Both the position numbers and the translations under genes were made by a program. Below are positions 51,424-58,102 of a DNA stretch of 58,102 bases, piece by piece (position 1 is the first letter of the stretch; the number at the start of each line of letters is the position of its first letter). Source of the DNA: Chiloscyllium plagiosum (Eukaryota); assembly GCF_004010195.1 (NCBI RefSeq), contig NC_057718.1:57007147-57065248 (forward strand), given 5' to 3'. The notes below the pieces were generated by a model, which saw nothing but the letters and a program-made list of their open reading frames with translations, ran no database searches and was not told the origin of the DNA.

Positions 51424-52203
51424 TAGAATCATAGAATCATAGATATGTACAGCATGGAAACAGACCCTTCGGTCCAACCCGTCCATGCCGACCAGATATT
51501 CCAACCCAATCTAGTCCCACCTGCCAGCACCCGGCCCATATCCCTCCAAACCCTTCCTATTCATATACCCATCCAAATGCCTCTTAAATGTTGCAATTGT
51601 ACCAGCCTCCACCACATCCTCTGGCAGCTCATTCCATACACGTACCACCCTCTGCGTGAAAACCTTGGCCCGGAGGTCTCTTTACTATCTTTCCCCTCTC
51701 ACCCTAAACCTATGCCTTCTAGTTCTGGATTCCCCGAACCCAGGGAAAAGACTTTGTCTATTTATTCTATCCATGCCCCTCATAATTTTGTAAACCTCTA
51801 TAAGGCCACCCCTCAGTCTTCGACGCTCCAGGGAAAACAGCCCAAGCCTGTTCAGCCTCTCCCTGTAGCTCAGATCCTCCAACCCTGGCAACATCCTTGT
51901 AAATCTTTTCTGAACCATTTCAAGTTTCACAACATCTTTCCGATAAGAAGGAGACCAGAATTGCATGCAATATTCCAACACTGGCCTAACCAATGTCCTG
52001 TACAGCTGCAACATGACCTTCCAACTCCTGTACTCAATACTCTGACCAATAAAGGAAAGCATTCCAAATGCCTTCTTCACTATCCTATCTACCTGCGACT
52101 CGACTTTCAGGGAGCTATGAACCTGCTCTCCAAGGTCTCTTTGTTCAGCAACACTCCCTAGGACCTTACCATTAAGTATATAAGTCCTGCTAAGATTTGC
52201 TTT
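51424..52203 (-). mobile_element. Young CR1/HER1 3' fragment
   Basis: KKAFGMLSFIGQSIEYRSWKVMLQLYRTLVRPVLEYCMQFWSP; (ATTCTATG)n tail. Confidence 0.93.
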
Positions 52204-53202
52204 GTGGAAGGAATACCACTGATGAAGCAGCTTTGGATGTCAAGCCTAGGACACTAACATGGGGATCTCCTATAGCTGTTTGCTGAAGCTGAGATAATTG
52301 ACCTTTAACAATCATAGCCATCTTCCTTTGTACCAGGTATGACTTCAAGCAGCAACTTCAAAAGAGTTTCCCCTCTGATTCCCATTGGGTCCAGTTTTGT
52401 AGGGCTCCATGATGCCACATTCAGTCATATGAGGCCTTAATGTCAAGGCTGCCACTCTCACCTCACTACTGGAATTCAGCTCTTTTGTTCATGTTTAAGC
52501 TAAGGCTGGAATTTTTGGCTAGAAGTATGTTGGGTTCTGATACACAGGCTTTCAGAACTATGCTGGAAAGTTGTCGGGGTCCTTAGCCTTTTCAGTATCC
52601 AATGCCTCCAACCGTTTCTTTATATCACATTGATTCAAATTGGTTGAAGATTGGCATCTGGGATGCTGGGGCCTCTGAAGTAGGCCAAGATGGATCATCC
52701 ACTTGGCACTTCTGGCTAAAGATTGTTGTGATTCCTTCAGCTGATCTTTTCCACTGATATGCTGGGCTCTCTCATTGTTGAGGATGAGCATATTTGTAAA
52801 GTCACCTTGACCCATGAGGAAAGGTCACTGGACCCAAAATGTTAGCTCTGATTTCTCTTACAGATGCTGCCAGACCTGCTGAGCTTTTCCAACAACTTCT
52901 GATCTTGTGTCTGATTTACAGCATCTGCAGTTATTTTGGTTTTTATTGACCAGTGCATTACTTGATTGACTACAACCAATCATGACTGAATGTGACAGAA
53001 TTGGATCTGATCTGACCTGTTGGTTCTGTGAATATTTAAGTTAGTGTTTCACTTGCTGCTTATGCTATTTGGTGTGTAAGTAGTTCTTTTCTGTAGCTTA
53101 ACACCTCATCTTTAGATATGCCTGGTGCTGCTCCTGGCATGCCCTCCTGCATTCTCCATTGAACCAGGATTGATCCCCTGGCTTGATAGTAATGGTCTAG
53201 TA

Positions 53203-53422
53203 GGGGTCAGTTAGTTCAGTTGGCTGGATGACTGGTTTGCAATGCAGTGTAACACCAATAGCGTAGGTTCAATTCCTGCTACTGGCTCAGGTTACAATGA
53301 AGTACTTTCCTTCTCAATGTCTGCACTCACCTGAAGCATGGTAACCTTCAGGTTAAACTACCACAAGTCATCCCTCTCCAATGAGAAAGCAGCCCTATGG
53401 TGCAGTAGGACCATGATAACTT
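53203..53422 (+). mobile_element. tRNA-derived SINE
   Basis: TAGTTCAGTTGG A-box-like and GGTTCAATTCC B-box. Confidence 0.65.
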
Positions 53423-54640
53423 TTAGTTGTGGAGTGGAGGATGTGATGGACTACAAGTTTGCAGATTATGTTGGAGTATGATTCTGCTGTTGTCGATGGC
53501 CCACAGCACCTCATAGATGCCCAGTCTTGAGTAGTTAGATCTGTTTGAACTCTGTCCCATTTAGCATGGTGATCGTGCCAAGCATCACAAAGCAAAGTAT
53601 TATCAATGTGAAGGGAGGACTTTATCTCCACAAGGACCATATGATGGTAAGATACCATCATGGACAAATGCATCTGCAGCAGTCAGATTTATGAGGATGA
53701 GGTCAAGTATATTTTTCTATTTTGTCGGTTCCCTCACCACCTGCCACAGACTTAGCCTAGCAGCAATATCAGTGGTGCAGCTGTTGAGTCATTCTTGATA
53801 GTGGACATTGAAATCCGTATCCAGAGAGCATTCTGCACCCTTGCTATCATCAGTGTTTCCTCCAAATGTTGCTCAACTTGGAAGACCACAGGGTTGTTAG
53901 CTGAGGGAGGATAGTATGTGGTGATCAGCAGGAGATTTCCTTGTCTATGTTTGCTCCGATTGTATCTGGAGTCAAAGTTGAAGACTTCCAGGATAATTCC
54001 CACCCAACTCTATACCACTGTTCTACCACTCCTGCTGGGTCAGTCCTGCCAGTGTGACAGAACACATCCAGGGATGGTGATAGTGGCATTTGGGACATTG
54101 TCTTTAAAGCATAATTCCATGCGTATGACAATGTCAGGCTGTTGATTGACTAGTCTGTGAGACAGTGCTCCCAATTTTGGCAACAGCTCCCAGATGTTAA
54201 TAAGGATGACTTTGCAATATCAACGGGCGATTTTGCCGTTGTTGTTTCCAGGGCTTACGTTGACATCAGGCAATCCAGCTGGTTTCATTTCTTTTTTAAG
54301 ACTTCATAGTGATTGTTAAGACTGTGTGGTGTGGTAAGTTTCAGAGGTCAGTTGAGAATCAGACCAGGAAAGGATGGTAGATTTCATTCCCTGAAACTGA
54401 TGAGTACTACCTGGTAATAGTTTCACAGTCATCATTAGATTCTTAATTCCAGATATTTATTGAATTCAAATTCCATCATCAGCTACTTCAAACTTCAAAC
54501 CCAGAACATTACCTGAGTTTCAGGATTAATAGTCGAGTGATAATGGCATTTAGACATCGCCTCCTCCGTTCCAAAGGGCAGGATACAAATATACATTGTT
54601 TTATTATAAAGCGTGTTTTGTCAACATGAATTTGCTGTAA

Positions 54641-54971
54641 TCATAGAATTCCTTCAGTGTGGAAAAAGGGCCTTTAGCCCAACAAGTCCACACTAACGCT
54701 TTGTACTGGGTCAGTCCCGCCTAAATGCATTTCCCTACACTATTAATCTAAATTTACCCCGGACTAATGCACCTAACCTCCACATCCCTGAATACTATGG
54801 GCAATTCACCTAACCTGCACATCTTGGATTGTGGGACAAAACCGGAGCACCTGATGGAAGCCCACGCAGATGGGGGAGAATGTGCAAACTCCACACAGAC
54901 AGTCACCCAAGGCAGGAATTGAACTCGCATCCCTGATACTGTGAGGTAGTAATGCTAACCACTGAGCCATC
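54641..54971 (-). mobile_element. HE1 SINE (older)
   Basis: Reverse complement of the HE1 V domain and tail. Confidence 0.85.
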
Positions 54972-55599
54972 AACAGGAAGCTCAGGGGAGATTTAATTTT
55001 TATGTGAAAATCATTTGGGGCCTAGATAGATATTTTACAAAGTACTTATCGGGCTAAAATTATCCAGCACAAGTGTGTAATATAAGAGGCATAACAGGAC
55101 CCTTTGGAAGTCCTAACAGGCTGACGTAGGTGGGAATTGTGGGAAGTTTAAATTTGTAATGGACAATTCTCCTGTTCCCCAGGAGCACCACAAATGCCTT
55201 CGGCTCTGAGGTTGAGTTGGAGACTTTGGACAGGTCTGTGGTCCTTACCTGGCTACTTACCCAGTTAGCTGGGCAGATAAAAACTAATCTATTGCCTGAG
55301 TAATTCCACAGCTATTTGCTCAATCAAGACTTTAATTCCCCAAGCCTGGATCATGCTCCTAATCACTTGAGTATCCCTTGACCTAACCTACCTATCATCC
55401 CCCAGACTTTACCCAACTAGCCCACCAACTACAGCTTTGATCAACCAGATTCCACTGCCTTAATCATCTGACTTGACACCACCCATCCCACCCGCCCTAC
55501 TACCCCTTGATCACCTGACTACCTCTCTTCCTCCTGACTGCATCCATTGACCAAAATGAACTGCCCCCAACATGACCATGCTCCTCAACAACTTGATTG

Positions 55600-56271
55600 G
55601 GTGCCCTATACAAGCAGACCACCAACAAACTGGCTATCACTATTTCAAACAGGTATGCTGTTCTGGAAAATGTAGGGTGTGATCGATTCACAGGCGAACT
55701 TAGCACGAACAGCTAAGTTTCTGATATTGAGACTGGCTCTAATGCAACGAAGTGTTCGTCAGGTTCCAAGAGATTAATTGTTTTAGGGGACTCTCTAGTC
55801 CGAGGTACAGACAGACGTTTCTGTGACCAGCAGTGAAAATTCAGAATGGTGTGTTGCTTCCCTGGTGCCAGATCAAGATGTCTCAGACAGAGTGCAGAAT
55901 ATTCTCAAGGTGGAGATGGACCAGCAGGAGGTCATTATCCACATTGGAACCAATGACATAGGAAGGGAAAAGGTTGAGATTCTGAAGGGAGATTACAGAG
56001 AATTAAGCAGAAATTTGAAAAGGAAATCCTTGAGAGTAATAATATCTGGATTACTCCTGGTGTTACAAGCTAGTGAGGGCAGGAATAGGAGAATAGAGCA
56101 GATGAATGCATGGCTGAGGAGCTGCAGTATGGGCGAAGGATTCACATTTTTGGATAATTGGAATCTCTTTTGGGGTAGAAATGACCTGTACAAGAAGGAC
56201 AGATTGCACCTACATTTGAAGGGGAATAATATACTGGCAGAGAGATTTGCTAGAGTTGCTCAGGAGGATTT

Positions 56272-56315
<44 letters not shown>

Positions 56316-58102
56316 TTATGGTGAGCGGTCGTTTGACCCAGGGAGATAGCGAGGGAAGACATCAATCTGAGACTGGTACAGTTGACAACAGAAGCGAGTC
56401 AAACAGTCAGGGCAGGCAGGGACAAGTTAGGACTAATAAATTAAATTGCATTTATTTCAATGCAAGGGGTCTAACAGGGAAGGCAGATGAACTCAGGGCA
56501 TGGTTAGGAACATGGGACTGGGATATCATAGCAATGACAGAAACATGGCTCAGGATGGCCAGGATTGGCAGATGAATGTTCCAGGATACAAATGCAGCAA
56601 GAAGGATAGAAAGGGAGGCAAGAGAGGAGGGGGAGTTGCATTTTTGATAAGAGATAGCATTACAGCTGTACTGAGGGAGGATATTCCTGGAATTACACCC
56701 AGGGAAGTTATTTGGGTGGAACTGAGAGATACGAAAGGGATGATCACCTTGGGATTGTATTATAGACCCCCTAATAGTCAGAGGGAAATTGAGAAACAAA
56801 CTTGTAAGGAGATCTCAGCTGTCTGTAAGAATGATAGGGTGGTTATGGCAGGGGATTTTAATTTTCCAAACATAGACTGGGACTGCCATAGTGTTAAGGG
56901 TTTAGATGGAGGGGAATTTGTTAAATGAGTACAAGAAAATTTTCTGATTCAGTACGTGGATGTACCTACTAGAGAAGGTGCAAAACTTGACCTACTCTTG
57001 GGAAATAAGGCAGGGTAGGTGACTGAGGAGTCAGTGGGCGAGCACTTTGGGGCCAGCGACTGTAATTCTATTAGTTTTAAAATAATGATGGAAAAGGATA
57101 GACCAGATCTAAAAGTTGAAGTTCTAAATTGGAGAAAGGCCAATTTTGACGGTATTAGGCAAGAACTTTCGAAAGCTGATTGTGGGCAGATGTTCGCAGG
57201 TAATGGGACGGCTGGAAAATGGGAAGCCTTCAGAAATGAGATAACAAGAATCCAGAGGAAGTATATTCCTGTTTGGGTGAAAGGAAAGGCTGGTAGGTAC
57301 AGGGAATGCTGGATGAATAAAGAAATTGAGCGTTCGGTTAAGGCAAAGAAGGAAGCATATGTCAGGTATAGGCAGGATAGATCGAGTGAACTTAAGAGTA
57401 TACTTAAGAGGGAAGTCAGGAGGCCAAAAAGGGGACATGAGCTGGCTTTGGCAAATAGAATTAAGGAGAATCCAAAGGGTTTTTACAAATACATTAAGGA
57501 CAAAAGGGTAAACTAGGGAGAGAATAGGACCCCTTAAAGATCAGCAAAATGGCCTTTGTGTGGAGCCGCAGAAAATGGGGGAGATACTAAATGAGTATTT
57601 TGCATCAGTATTTACTGTGGAAAAGGATATGGAAGATATAGAATGTAGGGAAATAGATGGTGGCACCTTAAAAAATGACCATATTACAGAGGAGGAAGTG
57701 CTGGATGTCTTGAAGTGCATAAAGGTGGATAAATCCACAGGACCTGATCAGGTGTACCCTAGAACTCTGTGAGAAGCTAGAGAAGTGATTGCTGAGATAT
57801 TTGTATCATTAATAGTCATAGGTGAGGTGCCAGAAGACTGGAGGTTGGCAAACGTGGTGCCACTGTTTAAGAAGGGTGGTAAGGACAAGCCAGGGAATTA
57901 TATACCAGTGAGCCTGACTTTAGTGGTGGGCAAGTTGTTGGAGGGAATCCTGAGCGACAGGATGTACATGTATTTGGAAAGGCAAGGACTGATAAGGGAT
58001 AGTCAACATGGCTTTGTGCATGGGAAATCATGTCTCACAAACTTGATTGAGTTTTTTGAAGAAGTAACAAAGAGGATTGATGAGATCTATATGGACTTCA
58101 GA
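55600..58102 (+). mobile_element. CR1 LINE: ORF1 GDSL/SGNH esterase, ORF2 APE and start of RT (stops and frameshifts)
   Basis: LGDSLVRG, IHIGTNDIG, CIYFNARGL, YYRPPNS, GDFNFPNIDW, GKSCLTNLIEFFEEV. Confidence 0.93.
56274..56312. repeat. (GT)n microsatellite
   Basis: Direct reading. Confidence 0.95.

Larger units (their letters stand above)
50600..54565 (-). mobile_element. CR1/L2-group LINE with APE and RT remnants and a tRNA-like 5' head
   Basis: GNLLLITTYYPPSA, LEALDTEKAKDPDNFPA and C-terminal RT-region remnants; interrupted by CR1, a Penelope tail (52815-52945) and a SINE. Confidence 0.72.

Noticed and set aside
51445..52161. 238-aa plus-strand ORF
   Set aside because: Antisense frame of a young CR1 3' end; no independent gene evidence.
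55823..57772. Possibly active CR1
   Set aside because: Multiple stops, frameshifts and a microsatellite insertion.
35330..58102. Exons of a divergent neighbouring gene such as CFAP36
   Set aside because: No recognisable exon found; the region reads as intergenic repeats.

Overview
Eukaryotic genomic DNA from a cartilaginous fish (shark-type HE1 V-SINEs, CR1/HER1 LINEs and abundant Penelope-like elements; three assembly gaps). The only host gene I can support is the 5' end of CCDC88A (Girdin) on the minus strand: three coding exons with canonical GT-AG sites, and a CpG-retaining promoter at about 33.8-34.8 kb. Nearly all of the rest is decayed retroelements: Penelope-like, CR1, L2, Rex1/Babar, RTE, tRNA-SINEs and one pogo/Tigger-like MITE. 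Two things stand out. First, in probable CCDC88A intron 3 a processed, internally deleted RBPMS2 retrocopy (3218-3504) runs directly into about 1.4 kb of decayed coding sequence carrying the ordered motifs of a Mononegavirales (paramyxovirus-like) L-protein methyltransferase domain. This is a candidate endogenous RNA-virus element, possibly co-retrotransposed with a cellular mRNA. Second, Penelope termini carrying minimal hammerhead-ribozyme cores recur throughout, several as short inverted (palindromic) mini-elements with target-site duplications. All homology calls are by-eye recognition without database searches, and repeat boundaries are approximate.
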